In this document: positions 1 to 9,211 of the stretch, in pieces
How positions within the stretch are numbered: position 1 is the stretch's first letter
Layout of the letters: every line of letters begins with the position of its first letter
IMG/VR virus record: IMGVR_UViG_3300025635_000142
Location: 1-25,320 of that record
Direction: 5' to 3' (one strand)
Length of the DNA stretch: 25,320 bases
From: a virus
Taxonomy: Duplodnaviria > Caudoviricetes
Notes under the pieces: model-generated
What the model was told of the DNA's origin: nothing
The model's database searches: none
Seen by the model: only the letters and a program-made list of their open reading frames with translations
Translations under genes and position numbers: made by a program

Positions 1-399
1 GCGACCGCCGCCTCCTTGACCAAGCTGGTTGTTGGCAAGAGTTCCAGCCAACTGGCTTCGGGCGCGATCTGCGGACTGCCCAATAGCGGCAGCTCGACTC
101 TTTCGCATGGCGGCAAGATCCTCGGCAGTCCTGCCCATTGCGATGTTGTTCAGCGCGGAAATGTCCTGATTCGCAAAGCCTTGCAACTGAGGAGTATTGG
201 CTCGCAGAGCATTTGCGTAGTCGGTAATCGCACTCGCTCCAGATCCACGCAGGGCATCAAAACCGGAGAACAGGGAATTAAGGCGCGTGTCAACCTGCGG
301 CGATTTCACGTTCGTGATCGTCTCAAACGGGTTCGGCGCGGTCGTTTTAGCCGGGGTAAACCCCTGCCAACCAAATGATCCCCAAGCGTTAGTAGGCAT
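1..399 (-). CDS. 5' part of a G/A/N/Q-rich protein running off the left edge; possibly a virion internal/ejection protein
   Basis: Manual translation from ATG at 399: MPTNAWGSFGWQGFTPAKTTAPNPFETITNVKSPQVDTRLNSLFSGFDALRGSGASAITDYANALRANTPQ...QLGQGGGGR, open for 133 codons. Not in the ORF track because it has no stop in the window. Function is a guess from composition. Confidence 0.7.
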   Translation of the reverse strand, partial: MPTNAWGSFGWQGFTPAKTTAPNPFETITNVKSPQVDTRLNSLFSGFDALRGSGASAITDYANALRANTPQLQGFANQDISALNNIAMGRTAEDLAAMRKSRAAAIGQSADRARSQLAGTLANNQLGQGGGGR

Positions 400-454
400 A
401 CTTTATCGTTAATCCTGACACAATTAGCCCACCGAACGCATGTCAGTGCAACGC

Positions 455-486
455 AAAAAGCCGGTCGCCAATTAAGGCAACCGGCT
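455..486 (-). terminator. Rho-independent terminator
   Basis: Minus strand AGCCGGTTGCC-TTAATT-GGCGACCGGCT followed by TTTT, 44 nt after the stop of 530..877, at the end of a long minus-strand operon. Confidence 0.8.
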
Positions 487-529
487 CGTTATGACTCATG
501 AATACGCCTCAAGAACAGCTTGGGCGTCT

Positions 530-877
530 TTAGTTTGCTACAGGAACCTCTTCTGTCAACTTCTTTGGCATGAGAAGTTTGATGGCGTCGATGGCCAGTT
601 TATGGTCGAACTTGTGGTCCGGCGCGTTAATGGCCAGCGCAGCCTGCAAGCTGTTAATGACGCCAGCGATGTTCAGCGCCTCTTCTTTTGTAAGCCAGAC
701 GGTTGGCAAGACTCCTTGAGCCTCATTGCCAAACATTGCGTTCGTGTAAAGAACGGCGTTTGCCAAGTCGCGAACCATGGATTCCAACTCGTGCTTGTTG
801 GCTCCAAGCGGCCTATTATTAATGGCGTGGTCGCAGATTGCGTTGTAACGCTCAGGGGAGAGTTTCGATTTTGTCAT
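530..877 (-). CDS. hypothetical phage protein
   Basis: 115-aa ORF in a tightly packed operon, ends just before the terminator. Confidence 0.65.
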   Translation of the reverse strand: MTKSKLSPERYNAICDHAINNRPLGANKHELESMVRDLANAVLYTNAMFGNEAQGVLPTVWLTKEEALNIAGVINSLQAALAINAPDHKFDHKLAIDAIKLLMPKKLTEEVPVAN

Positions 878-1154
878 CGGGAAGCTTTCGCCAGTTTGAG
901 TTGTAGGGTTTGCACCGGCTCGGATCTGGCAATGCGCCGACTCCTCCGGTTTCTTTCATGAAGAAGTCGGGCAGGCTCAGAAGGATTCGCCAGCCAGGAG
1001 GGTACGCATTGTTTTGAGCGCAGTAATGAATCACCTCCGCTCTGTTCGGGAGCGTTCCAAGATCCTCAAGCGAGTTGAGCAGGCTTTTGTCAAGCTTCTT
1101 GGTAAGCGTTGGCGTTCGACGCGGTGGACGCGGAATTGGTGTGGTGTTTGTCAT
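852..1154 (-). CDS. hypothetical phage protein
   Basis: 100-aa ORF, ATGA overlap with the upstream gene stop. Confidence 0.55.
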   Translation of the reverse strand: MTNTTPIPRPPRRTPTLTKKLDKSLLNSLEDLGTLPNRAEVIHYCAQNNAYPPGWRILLSLPDFFMKETGGVGALPDPSRCKPYNSNWRKLPDDKIETLP

Positions 1155-1432
1155 TTGAATCCAAGTAGGACTTCGAGTTGCTTCAAAGCGTCTTCAGGCT
1201 TTACGTGACCAGAGCGCCAATTGTGAACGACAAGGCAAATCTTGTTGTACTTCTCGATGGCCGTGCAGATGTACGTAAACAGGTCAACCGCTTCGTCCTT
1301 AATGTCGGAAAGCGTGTTTCGATCCCAAAGGTTTCCGCCGTGCTCGGCTTGGCCTTTTCTGTACTTGGCGTCAACCGATGCCTCGAACGATGATTTGATG
1401 TCGCGAAGATGTGATTCTTGAGCTGGTGTCAT
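1151..1432 (-). CDS. small all-alpha NTP pyrophosphohydrolase-like phage protein (tentative)
   Basis: Start moved to MTPAQESH (ATGA overlap with the 1429 stop). Motif KYRKGQAEHGGNLW...DIKDEAVDLFTY resembles MazG-like acidic helix motifs. Confidence 0.5.
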   Translation of the reverse strand: MTPAQESHLRDIKSSFEASVDAKYRKGQAEHGGNLWDRNTLSDIKDEAVDLFTYICTAIEKYNKICLVVHNWRSGHVKPEDALKQLEVLLGFK

Positions 1433-1785
1433 TTGATGATGTCCATGAATTGCTGGAAATTCCATACTACGTGAGGGTTGTGCCCTAGCTTTTTTGCCCA
1501 GTGATGCAAGTCGCGTTGTGCGTCGGATAGCTTGTTTCCGCCGACCTTGCATTCGACGAACAGGACTCTTCCGCCATCTGCAAGTATCGTGAAGTCAAAC
1601 TCTCCTTCGGTGCGAAATGTCCTATGCGCCATTGACCCATGAAGCGGAATCCATCCTCTTCGTTTGCATTCCTCAAGGATCTGAGCGTGCAGCTCGGATT
1701 CACTTCCGGTTGATTCGGATGGTTTTGACTTGTTGGCATTTCGCCTTGCCTCGTATTGGTTAAGCCACGCTTGATCTACTCTCAC
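1429..1785 (-). CDS. VRR-NUC (PD-(D/E)XK) nuclease / putative resolvase
   Basis: ESELHAQI...GEFDF...FVECKVGGNKLSDAQ motifs. Probable GTG start overlapping the upstream TGA. Confidence 0.85.
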   Translation of the reverse strand: MRVDQAWLNQYEARRNANKSKPSESTGSESELHAQILEECKRRGWIPLHGSMAHRTFRTEGEFDFTILADGGRVLFVECKVGGNKLSDAQRDLHHWAKKLGHNPHVVWNFQQFMDIIK

Positions 1786-2867
1786 CGCATCAAGCATGAC
1801 ATGAGCGAGCCGTTTGCGACAGAAAATAGGATGAAGTTGTTCCCGGTCCAGTGGGAAAGCTCGATAAATTCGTCCTCGACTTTTCCGAGCAGCGGAAGCA
1901 AGTCGTCACACGAGACGTGAAGAACGCATGTGCCGCTTGTCTCGCATTCGATTCGAGTCTCAGATTCAGCATCAGAGCTTCGTGAACGCACTTCGATTCC
2001 TCCGCAGATGTCCACGATTGCAGAGGTTTCTTTGTTGGTGCTCATGCTCTTGATCGACTTCAGGGCCAGCAAGAACTCGACGCGGTTGAGCTTTGCCGTG
2101 ACGAGTTGGCCTTCCTGTGACGCTGTGACTTTGTGATAAGATTCCAGGATGTTGCGGGTCGTCTCGATTTGCTGCGACTCAATGTAGAGCCCGCCAATCA
2201 GGAATCCGATAGCCTTGTCGCGCAGGCTAATTGTAATGTCGCCGTCGTGATGGCCAAGATGCCGGACAACCTCTTCGCAGGTGGCGTCTGGAATTGCAAC
2301 GCGACCATCTCGCGTGGACGACACGCTCCCAATCTTGAACACCGACAGGGATCGACGATTGGTGGACGCGACATTTAAGTTTCCACCGCCAACCGTCAGC
2401 TCGACGAATCGGAAGTCTTCAATGAGGCACCTGTTAGCCGTGTTGGACGCGCTGGACAGTGGGACCAGAAGCAGCTTTGAGTCGCAAATGATCCGGTCGC
2501 ATTGAGGTGCAACGTCTCTCGACTGCCAGTTTTCCAGCGTCATTGGCATCACTGGAATAATCGACTTTCGAGAACCAGATGTCACCTTTGCTCGGCCATC
2601 TAGAATTTCAATGGATGTCTCCGGAGACGCTGTTGTTATGGAGCATTGCAACAGATCCGCGTGAATCAGGGCGTCGAGATTGTCACCGACAACCCCCGTG
2701 ATTTCGTTCGAGCAATACAGCCGGTCGTTTTGCGCTGCAATGGTCGCAAGTGAGTGGTCGCCAGTCGCAAGACGGACGTAGGAATGCAAACCAGACTGCG
2801 GCTTCTTGGTCGGCGCAATAACCGATTGCAAAGCTGAGTACAGGCTAGATGACGGAAACGTGGTCAT
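1782..2867 (-). CDS. DNA polymerase III beta sliding clamp-like protein (divergent)
   Basis: About 361 aa from MTTFPSSSLYSALQSV. Clamp-like segments (NVASTNRRSLS, LNRVEFLLALK, C-terminal SCLMR) and typical length. Confidence 0.7.
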   Translation of the reverse strand: MTTFPSSSLYSALQSVIAPTKKPQSGLHSYVRLATGDHSLATIAAQNDRLYCSNEITGVVGDNLDALIHADLLQCSITTASPETSIEILDGRAKVTSGSRKSIIPVMPMTLENWQSRDVAPQCDRIICDSKLLLVPLSSASNTANRCLIEDFRFVELTVGGGNLNVASTNRRSLSVFKIGSVSSTRDGRVAIPDATCEEVVRHLGHHDGDITISLRDKAIGFLIGGLYIESQQIETTRNILESYHKVTASQEGQLVTAKLNRVEFLLALKSIKSMSTNKETSAIVDICGGIEVRSRSSDAESETRIECETSGTCVLHVSCDDLLPLLGKVEDEFIELSHWTGNNFILFSVANGSLMSCLMR

Positions 2868-2878
2868 TTTCGGATGCG

Positions 2879-3175
2879 TTAAAAGGTGTGAAAAATTCTG
2901 TCCCACTTGCACTTCATTTCCTTGTTTTCGTCCTTCAGCTCGTCGTTTTCAGATTCAATCTTGCTCAAATCTCGCTTTAACTGTTCAACTTCAGACCTCA
3001 AGTCGCTGATTTCAGATTCAGCGGACTCGATCTCTGCAATTGCTTTCGACTCTTGAATCGTTAAAAGCGACGTTCGCTTGTTATCCAACTTGAATTCAAC
3101 AGGGCTTGCAATTCGCGTGTCTCCGTCAAGCTTTTGAAGCGCCTCGATAAGGTCGCGCACTCGTTGTTCGTTCAT
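2879..3175 (-). CDS. coiled-coil hypothetical protein
   Basis: Heptad-rich E/K/S C-terminal half. Confidence 0.65.
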   Translation of the reverse strand: MNEQRVRDLIEALQKLDGDTRIASPVEFKLDNKRTSLLTIQESKAIAEIESAESEISDLRSEVEQLKRDLSKIESENDELKDENKEMKCKWDRIFHTF

Positions 3176-3203
3176 TTTGTGTTGGTGTTAGTTGTTGCTG
3201 TGA

Positions 3204-3497
3204 TCAAAACGGAACGCTTTGATCGTCATCATCCGCTGGTTTTTCAGATTTTTGTGCAGCAGTGGGTTTTGGCGTCGCCTGCTTTTGTTTTGCTCCCACA
3301 TGTCGCCAATTTCCAATGATAGGGCCTTTTTCTCCCTTATCACGCTTCTCCTTGCTGACGGATTGCGTAATGAACCCGTCGTCGCCAAAGTCATTTGGTT
3401 TATCGTGAAGCGCGGCGTCGAGAAACTTGCCGCCTTTTTTCCCGACGAAAAGATCCTCTTTGGAAATCTTCGTCACGTCAATTTTGAGAACAATCAT
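3204..3497 (-). CDS. phage single-stranded DNA-binding protein-like
   Basis: KIDVTKI...GKKGGKFLD...GFITQSVSKE...GPIIGN, acidic tail DDDDQSVPF, next to recombination genes. Confidence 0.75.
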   Translation of the reverse strand: MIVLKIDVTKISKEDLFVGKKGGKFLDAALHDKPNDFGDDGFITQSVSKEKRDKGEKGPIIGNWRHVGAKQKQATPKPTAAQKSEKPADDDDQSVPF

Positions 3498-3498
3498 G

Positions 3499-4320
3499 TT
3501 AGTACTTGGTAATTCCGATCACTTCAACTTCCGGCTTGTAACCGGGCCAGACTCCGGTTTTTTCGCACTCGACAAGTTTTGTCAGTAGTTGACCAAACAA
3601 TTCGAGTCCAATTTTTATCGAAGGTTTTTCCATCTCGAACACGCGAACGTGGTATGGGCCAGTCGATTCAACGGTGACATTCATCCAGCGATAGCGCGGG
3701 TTGTCCGTCACGATTTGGTTCCACAAGGCAAGGTACACACCAGCCTGCATATTGTAGTTTAGTTCGCGAGCTTGCTTTGCGAATGGAGACTGAAGCCAAT
3801 ACGGCTCGTTCTTTCCGTCTTCCCAGCGTCCAGGCGTGTTATCCCGCGTCTTTTTCAGGTCGATGAGGTAATCAACGCCAACTGGAACACGGTCGATCCT
3901 AGCCTTGACTGGGCAGTGGAACAGCTCGCCAACAAGTGTGACTTCGGAATTGCCTTCGCCGGTCAGCATTGGGCCTGCGATTGGGTCTTCAATGAGCGCC
4001 TGCGCTGCGAGCGTTGCATTCTTCAGGTTGGCTTCACTGATGACTGTTAAGCCTGCCGCCTCCTGTTGCTCTGCCCAGCCTTTTGGAGCCCTTGGTTCAG
4101 GCTTTACAGCAAACCCCTCCAGCGGGTCACGCAACGGCTCAAGAGACATGCGGTTGATGAGTGTCCCAATGTTCATGTCATCGGAAGGTGGCGTCGGATT
4201 CTCAGTGGACCACTTGTAATCCTTGGCCGTTGGCAACATGCGCTTCACTTGAGAGTAGGAATACGCTTTGATTGCGCGGTACTCCTTGTCGGGAAGGTTG
4301 AAGTAAATGCCGGGGGTCAT
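3499..4320 (-). CDS. RecE/exonuclease VIII-like PD-(D/E)XK nuclease (DUF3799-like)
   Basis: PGIYFNLPDKEYRA..SYS, SEV...VKARIDR...IDLKKT, YNMQAGVY, WPGY. Confidence 0.85.
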   Translation of the reverse strand: MTPGIYFNLPDKEYRAIKAYSYSQVKRMLPTAKDYKWSTENPTPPSDDMNIGTLINRMSLEPLRDPLEGFAVKPEPRAPKGWAEQQEAAGLTVISEANLKNATLAAQALIEDPIAGPMLTGEGNSEVTLVGELFHCPVKARIDRVPVGVDYLIDLKKTRDNTPGRWEDGKNEPYWLQSPFAKQARELNYNMQAGVYLALWNQIVTDNPRYRWMNVTVESTGPYHVRVFEMEKPSIKIGLELFGQLLTKLVECEKTGVWPGYKPEVEVIGITKY

Positions 4321-4547
4321 TGTCCCCTCGCTTTCAGCATGGCGTCTGCAAACTGGTAGGCCGCCAAAGCAGCCTCTTCAGTGTTCAGATCGCACCCGCA
4401 GCCAATGTGAGGCAGCGCAACTAAAGCCTGTCCTGCAAACCAGTCGCGAAGCGTCATCCCGAATTGCTCATTCATTCTCGCCAATACTTCAGGATTAGAG
4501 GTCCATCCATGTTGAGGAAACGCTGGCCCTCCGTCGTTTGCGCTCAT
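4317..4547 (-). CDS. conserved small phage protein (GGPAFP...GMTLRDWFAGQAL family)
   Basis: Widespread phage motif GGPAFP / MTLRDWFA / AYQFADAML. Confidence 0.8.
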   Translation of the reverse strand: MSANDGGPAFPQHGWTSNPEVLARMNEQFGMTLRDWFAGQALVALPHIGCGCDLNTEEAALAAYQFADAMLKARGQ

Positions 4548-4882
4548 TGTTGAATCTCCTGTTGCAAGCTCTCGATTTGTTCACCAAGAGCGTTCACTTT
4601 TGCGATGAAGTTTGCGACGTACTCTTCTCGATAGTTCCTTTTCATGCCTTCAAACAAAGCTTTTTTAGCCTCTTTAACTATGTGCGGAGGCCAGACTTCG
4701 CTTAATACTTTGAAATACCCATCACCAGACAGCGCGTCTGGCTGCGCGTGGTCCATCTTTCCGGAATGCAAACCGTTGTATGCAAAGTCCGAGATTGGCT
4801 TGAACAAGGCTTCAAGCTTTTCACTAAGCTCAAAGTCCGCTTTTGCGAATAGCTTGTCGTTCAGGGTTTCAGCGGTTTTCAT
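4544..4882 (-). CDS. hypothetical phage protein
   Basis: 112 aa, ATGA-coupled on both sides. Confidence 0.65.
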   Translation of the reverse strand: MKTAETLNDKLFAKADFELSEKLEALFKPISDFAYNGLHSGKMDHAQPDALSGDGYFKVLSEVWPPHIVKEAKKALFEGMKRNYREEYVANFIAKVNALGEQIESLQQEIQQ

Positions 4883-5988
4883 TGAGCACCCCCACTCTTC
4901 TTAATCTTCAGCGCGTTCGGATCAGAAACATCAAGCTTCTCAATGATGTTTCCGGCGTGCAGGTCTGACACGTCTCCGCAGTTGTTCCAGAGTTCGGCGC
5001 TCAGCTTCAGCGTTCGCGTTGTGATGGCCCACGCCTTGAGCTGGTCAAAAGTGACGCCAGCATCGAACAGGAATTTGCCAAGCTTGACTTGGGGTGTTGG
5101 TTCCGACGCTGGCGAAGACTCAGGATCATTGGCGGTGCCGCTATGGTCCGCCTCGGGTTTTGGATCTGGTTTTGGTTCTGTTCGCTGTTGCGGAAGCTTA
5201 ACCTCAGAAGCCGTGCCGCGAACCGGGCCGTCCTTGATAATTGGAAACGCCTCTTCCAAAGTCACTTCACCATCCTTGATTGCGGTTCCAAGTCCGACAA
5301 GAATTTCAAGCTGCTCCAACCCAACATCGTCCGATTTCTTACATGACACAGCGGCCAAGATTCGATCTTCAGTTGCGCCCATTTGCTTCAGCCGGTCAAT
5401 AACCTTTCCGCGCCGTTCGACAATGCTCTTCACTTCTCCGACAGCAACTCGCTTTGCCTGCTCGTACACGGGCTTGATGAGTGCGCCGGGAATCACCTTG
5501 AACACGGCATCTCGAAAGGCGATTGCCGAACCAGCGTTTGCGGCCAGTTGAATGTCGTCGTCGGACACCGGCTTGCGAGATCCATCCTGATTCTTCTTTG
5601 TTGTAATGCGACGACGCTTTTCGATGGAGATGGACACGTTGTTCTGGATGTCTTGGCAAACGGCTTGAACAATTACGTGCGGGTTTTCGCTGGTTGAATC
5701 CACGGACAAAACGCGGGCTCCAGCCTTGATGTTTTGGTACGAACTAAGCGCAATTTCAGCCAACCGGACACTTGGCCCCTGAATCGACTTGCCGCCGCGA
5801 GGGAGTGTGTAAAAGCACGATGACGCGGTTTCCTCATCAAGCGTCGCAAACTCGATCATCTTCGCCTTTACCGTTGCTAGAATGCGCGGGAACTTGCGAG
5901 CGGTTGCAATGGCAACGTCGGTTTCTGCGCGTGTGATTGTTGAGAGGGCGTCCGATTGGACAATCTCAAGTTGTTCTGTTGTTTCCAT
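4879..5988 (-). CDS. putative single-strand annealing/recombination protein
   Basis: ATARKFPR...CFYTLPRGGKSIQGPSVRLAE motif, low-complexity P/E/K linker, in operon with RecE-like nuclease and SSB. Function inferred from context. Confidence 0.6.
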   Translation of the reverse strand: METTEQLEIVQSDALSTITRAETDVAIATARKFPRILATVKAKMIEFATLDEETASSCFYTLPRGGKSIQGPSVRLAEIALSSYQNIKAGARVLSVDSTSENPHVIVQAVCQDIQNNVSISIEKRRRITTKKNQDGSRKPVSDDDIQLAANAGSAIAFRDAVFKVIPGALIKPVYEQAKRVAVGEVKSIVERRGKVIDRLKQMGATEDRILAAVSCKKSDDVGLEQLEILVGLGTAIKDGEVTLEEAFPIIKDGPVRGTASEVKLPQQRTEPKPDPKPEADHSGTANDPESSPASEPTPQVKLGKFLFDAGVTFDQLKAWAITTRTLKLSAELWNNCGDVSDLHAGNIIEKLDVSDPNALKIKKSGGAQ

Positions 5989-5993
5989 AGGTT

Positions 5994-6464
5994 TTACTTG
6001 TTCACCAAATCCGCGAATTTCTTGCACCGCTGTAGAGTTGTTCCGCGCAATCTGCCATTCATGGCGTGCGTCGGCTTGTTCCAGAGCCCGTAAGTTTCCA
6101 CCAAGTTCGGCCTGCGTCCAATCTTTTTCTCGAAATTCTGCATTCGAGTCGAAAGGATGCGTTCAGCCACCAACCTGGATTGCTTCGGATTCCTTGGGTT
6201 CAAACCGGCTCCGTACTGATTCCAAACGACCGGCATTATTTGGTAGCGACTTACTTCACCGTCATGACCAACAGCCTTGTCGTTATCGTTACTCTCGATT
6301 TTGGACAGGGCGGAAAGGAGATCCGACATGGAAACACGCTTTGCGGCAGGGGATGCCTGAAGGGTGGAGCAAATCACCTTGAAAGGCGCGTGCTGAACCA
6401 TGTCGGATGGGGGTGTTGCATTAGCCGAAGCCAATGCGAAGATGGGTAGAAGGATGAGTTTCAT
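5994..6464 (-). CDS. secreted lysozyme-like / SLT-type lytic transglycosylase
   Basis: Signal peptide MKLILLPIFALASANA, catalytic-like IES, then AVGHDGEVSRYQI and GLWN. Confidence 0.75.
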   Translation of the reverse strand: MKLILLPIFALASANATPPSDMVQHAPFKVICSTLQASPAAKRVSMSDLLSALSKIESNDNDKAVGHDGEVSRYQIMPVVWNQYGAGLNPRNPKQSRLVAERILSTRMQNFEKKIGRRPNLVETYGLWNKPTHAMNGRLRGTTLQRCKKFADLVNK

Positions 6465-7301
6465 TTAGAACTTGAGCTTTGCGGCTTGCTTGGCGGCATG
6501 ATCGTTTGCGAGGAAAGCGTACTTCTTGGCGAGCAATGCGCCCCCGTCACTATGTCCGGCCCAGCGCGCAATCGTGGCGAAGTCAATTCCAGCCATGACG
6601 CATTGGCTAACGAAGTGGCGGCGGAAATCGTGGAAGCCGACCCAGTTCAAGTTGGAGCGCGAGCGAGCAAAGTTCAGGTGCGTTCGGAACGATGTTTCAT
6701 CTCCAAACAGCAAACCCATGCTGCATCGGCAACCCATTTGTTCCAACAGCACCCGCAGCGATTCAGAGAAATCAACCCAGCGAGACTTGCCATTCTTGGA
6801 TTCTCCATCCGCGCCAATGCAAACGCGGCGATTCTTGAAGTCAACGTCGGTCCACCGAACCCGTATTGCCTCCTTTTCACGCGCCCCAGTGTATTGCAGA
6901 AAGCGCAGGTATTGCTTGAACGATTGCGTCGTTGAGAACTCGCACAGCCTATCAATCTCATCCGCCGTCAAAAACCTCCGCTCCGGTTTCTTCACCTTCA
7001 GCTTGCTCACGGCATCACACGGGTTCACCTTGCACGCCTCACGCTTGATGGCGTAGATGAACACCTTGGACATGATTGCCACTTCTCCGTTTATTGTGGA
7101 CGCGGCAATGCCCATTCCCGTGCGCTTGTTCTGGTAGTTCTCAACGTCCAGAGGCTTGATGCACGCAATGTCCTTTTCCGCAAAGTCGCCAAAGTCGAGA
7201 ATGCGCGAAATGATCGACATCTCGCACCGACTCGTGGACGGCTTGACCCTATGCTTGTTCCAGCAGATGAAGTTCTGCGCTTCTGTTTGGAAGTTACTCA
7301 T
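6465..7301 (-). CDS. tyrosine recombinase/integrase
   Basis: TGAR, KNGK, HDFRRHF, AGH, KKY catalytic set. 278 aa from MSNFQ. Confidence 0.92.
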   Translation of the reverse strand: MSNFQTEAQNFICWNKHRVKPSTSRCEMSIISRILDFGDFAEKDIACIKPLDVENYQNKRTGMGIAASTINGEVAIMSKVFIYAIKREACKVNPCDAVSKLKVKKPERRFLTADEIDRLCEFSTTQSFKQYLRFLQYTGAREKEAIRVRWTDVDFKNRRVCIGADGESKNGKSRWVDFSESLRVLLEQMGCRCSMGLLFGDETSFRTHLNFARSRSNLNWVGFHDFRRHFVSQCVMAGIDFATIARWAGHSDGGALLAKKYAFLANDHAAKQAAKLKF

Positions 7302-7337
7302 TGGCTTGTTTGTAGCGCCAACAAGTAGCGGAGTCAA
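7302..7337 (-). promoter_or_regulatory. putative leaderless promoter of the recombinase
   Basis: TTGACT-17 nt-TACAAA-7 nt-ATG. Confidence 0.7.
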
Positions 7338-7340
7338 GTT

Positions 7341-7988
7341 TCAGCGCAAAAAAGTTGGGCTTTGATGCTGCTTTCCGTTTGCCCACGCCGAACACACCCC
7401 ATCGACGGCTAGATGTTGAATCAGATTTGGATTGCAAACAAACAGAGGCACGCCCATCTGAATGCAAAACTCCGCAATGCACGCATCGGTCGAGTAGTCT
7501 ATCGGGTGTTTGCTAACTAACTTTTTACCAAACCACCAACACAGACTGGGCGCAACCTTCTTTGGAACAAAAATTCCTTGAGATCCGTACCAGCATTTCG
7601 GGTTGACGGAATCAACCGGCTTATCAGCTAATGTATTTGGGCTGTAAAGCGACAAAATGTACGTCTGGAATGGTATTGATTTGATACACTTTTCCAGCTT
7701 TTCAACCACGTTTCGACAAAAGTAAGTGTCCTCTTCAACCGTTACCGATCCTGGGTGCATGGAAATGGATTCCATGAACGACCGCGTAGCCCTCCATCTC
7801 GGGGGCGATATGGCATGATTGTTGTCGCCAATCCCACTAAGGCTTGAAGTGCATGTAGTCGATGTGATCTTGTCGTTTGAAGGCGCACTTGTTCCGTCGT
7901 GAAAAACATGAACTTCGTCAAATCCGGTGGCGGTCGAAAACAGTTTTGCAGAACTGTTTCGGTCGCAGCTAACAATGTTGAGTTTCAC
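7341..7988 (-). CDS. GT-A-like glycosyltransferase
   Basis: EEDTYF (DxD-like), YGSQG, D..I, PNLIQH motifs. Confidence 0.6.
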   Translation of the reverse strand: MKLNIVSCDRNSSAKLFSTATGFDEVHVFHDGTSAPSNDKITSTTCTSSLSGIGDNNHAISPPRWRATRSFMESISMHPGSVTVEEDTYFCRNVVEKLEKCIKSIPFQTYILSLYSPNTLADKPVDSVNPKCWYGSQGIFVPKKVAPSLCWWFGKKLVSKHPIDYSTDACIAEFCIQMGVPLFVCNPNLIQHLAVDGVCSAWANGKQHQSPTFLR

Positions 7989-8512
7989 AGTTTTACAGCT
8001 ACAAACAAGATGTTGTAATCTCCAGGGCCGCGAACTCCTGTTAATGAATCACGCTCAACCGATACTTTACCGCTTCTTTGCGCCCATTCGGAAAGCTCGC
8101 CCACGTAAAATTCATGCTTGTGGTTTCCATTCCCACTTTGACCACCGGCAACAGCCTTGTTGAACAGAACCTTATCCGGAACCATGATAATCAATCGACC
8201 TCCAATCCGGACGACGCGAAGCCATTCCGATAGCAATTGCTCCCACTCGTTGTAATCCTCCAGTAAATGGGACGAGAAAACCGTGTCAAAAACACCATCT
8301 TTGAATGGGAGATTTTTGTGGAAATCAACCCCTCTCAATTGGGGTTGAATCCGAGGCTTAAACGCATGCCCATACTGGCAAAACAAATGCTCAGGAAGAT
8401 CTATCTGGACAGCGTAATCAACAATCGGATCGCCCCCAGATCCAATGTCCAATACGTTCCCGTGAACGTATGGCATTACCAGGTGTCTTGAGTAGGCCGT
8501 TTCAGAACTCAT
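7985..8512 (-). CDS. class I SAM-dependent methyltransferase (type 11-like)
   Basis: LDIGSGG, FDTVFSSHLLED, EWLRVVRIGGRL. Start at MSSETA by ATGA overlap. Confidence 0.88.
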   Translation of the reverse strand: MSSETAYSRHLVMPYVHGNVLDIGSGGDPIVDYAVQIDLPEHLFCQYGHAFKPRIQPQLRGVDFHKNLPFKDGVFDTVFSSHLLEDYNEWEQLLSEWLRVVRIGGRLIIMVPDKVLFNKAVAGGQSGNGNHKHEFYVGELSEWAQRSGKVSVERDSLTGVRGPGDYNILFVAVKL

Positions 8513-9210
8513 AAGTTGGGAAGGTAAATGGTTTTTCCAAAAGAGTAGTGGCAATTGATTGAACGCTCCATACCGTTGCACGACGCCCTGCTCATTTCGC
8601 AAACAGTCGGGTGGTGCATGGCATGAGCAATAGCCAACGGACAACTCTGGTTGCCAATGAACAACTTGGACCCCTTGATAAAGGCTGCTATGTCGTACAA
8701 GTCGTCAGTTGGAAGGCGGTCAATCTTTCCGTAATGCGTCTCAAATTGCTGGTGTTCCGAAACGGTCCCAATAAATGCAGCCGCGTTTTTGTACTTTTCG
8801 TACACGTCTCCCCAAGGAAATTCACGAGTCCTGTATCGCTCTGTCAAATTGATTATTACGTCAGCGCCGTAACGTTTATCAACGTCAATCCAAGGCTTCA
8901 TCAGCTCCGATTCCGGAACGTTGAACTCCCGGCAGTGCATCTGCGTTATCGTCTCGCAATAATGGTTTCGGAATCGCGTCCTGAACTGGTCCAAGCTAAA
9001 TGTTACATCTTCGCCGTAGTTGAACCTGAAATCGTGGATGTACGGCTGCGCCTCCAACAGCCGCTCAAAAAGCGGTATGCGTTTCGGTGTGGAATGAACC
9101 CGCGTAAACTTCTCTCCGCGCAGGTAAAAAATTCCAGGGCCATGATAGCGCACAACTGGAAGCGAATAGATAATGTCTCCAGCGTCGCCAGATGATGCAA
9201 AAGATTTCAT
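8509..9210 (-). CDS. GT9 (heptosyltransferase)-like glycosyltransferase
   Basis: GDAGDIIYSLP at the N-terminus and LFIGNQSCPLAIAHAM near the C-terminus. Confidence 0.75.
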   Translation of the reverse strand: MKSFASSGDAGDIIYSLPVVRYHGPGIFYLRGEKFTRVHSTPKRIPLFERLLEAQPYIHDFRFNYGEDVTFSLDQFRTRFRNHYCETITQMHCREFNVPESELMKPWIDVDKRYGADVIINLTERYRTREFPWGDVYEKYKNAAAFIGTVSEHQQFETHYGKIDRLPTDDLYDIAAFIKGSKLFIGNQSCPLAIAHAMHHPTVCEMSRASCNGMERSINCHYSFGKTIYLPNL

Positions 9211-9211
9211 C

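Noticed and set aside
16-378. Plus-strand 120-aa ORF
   Set aside because: It is the shadow of a more protein-like minus-strand frame (ATG 399) that matches the local gene orientation.
415-446. CTGACA-N20-TGTCAG inverted repeat upstream of the left-edge gene
   Set aside because: Only 6 bp, single occurrence, and no convincing -35/-10 spacing could be built.
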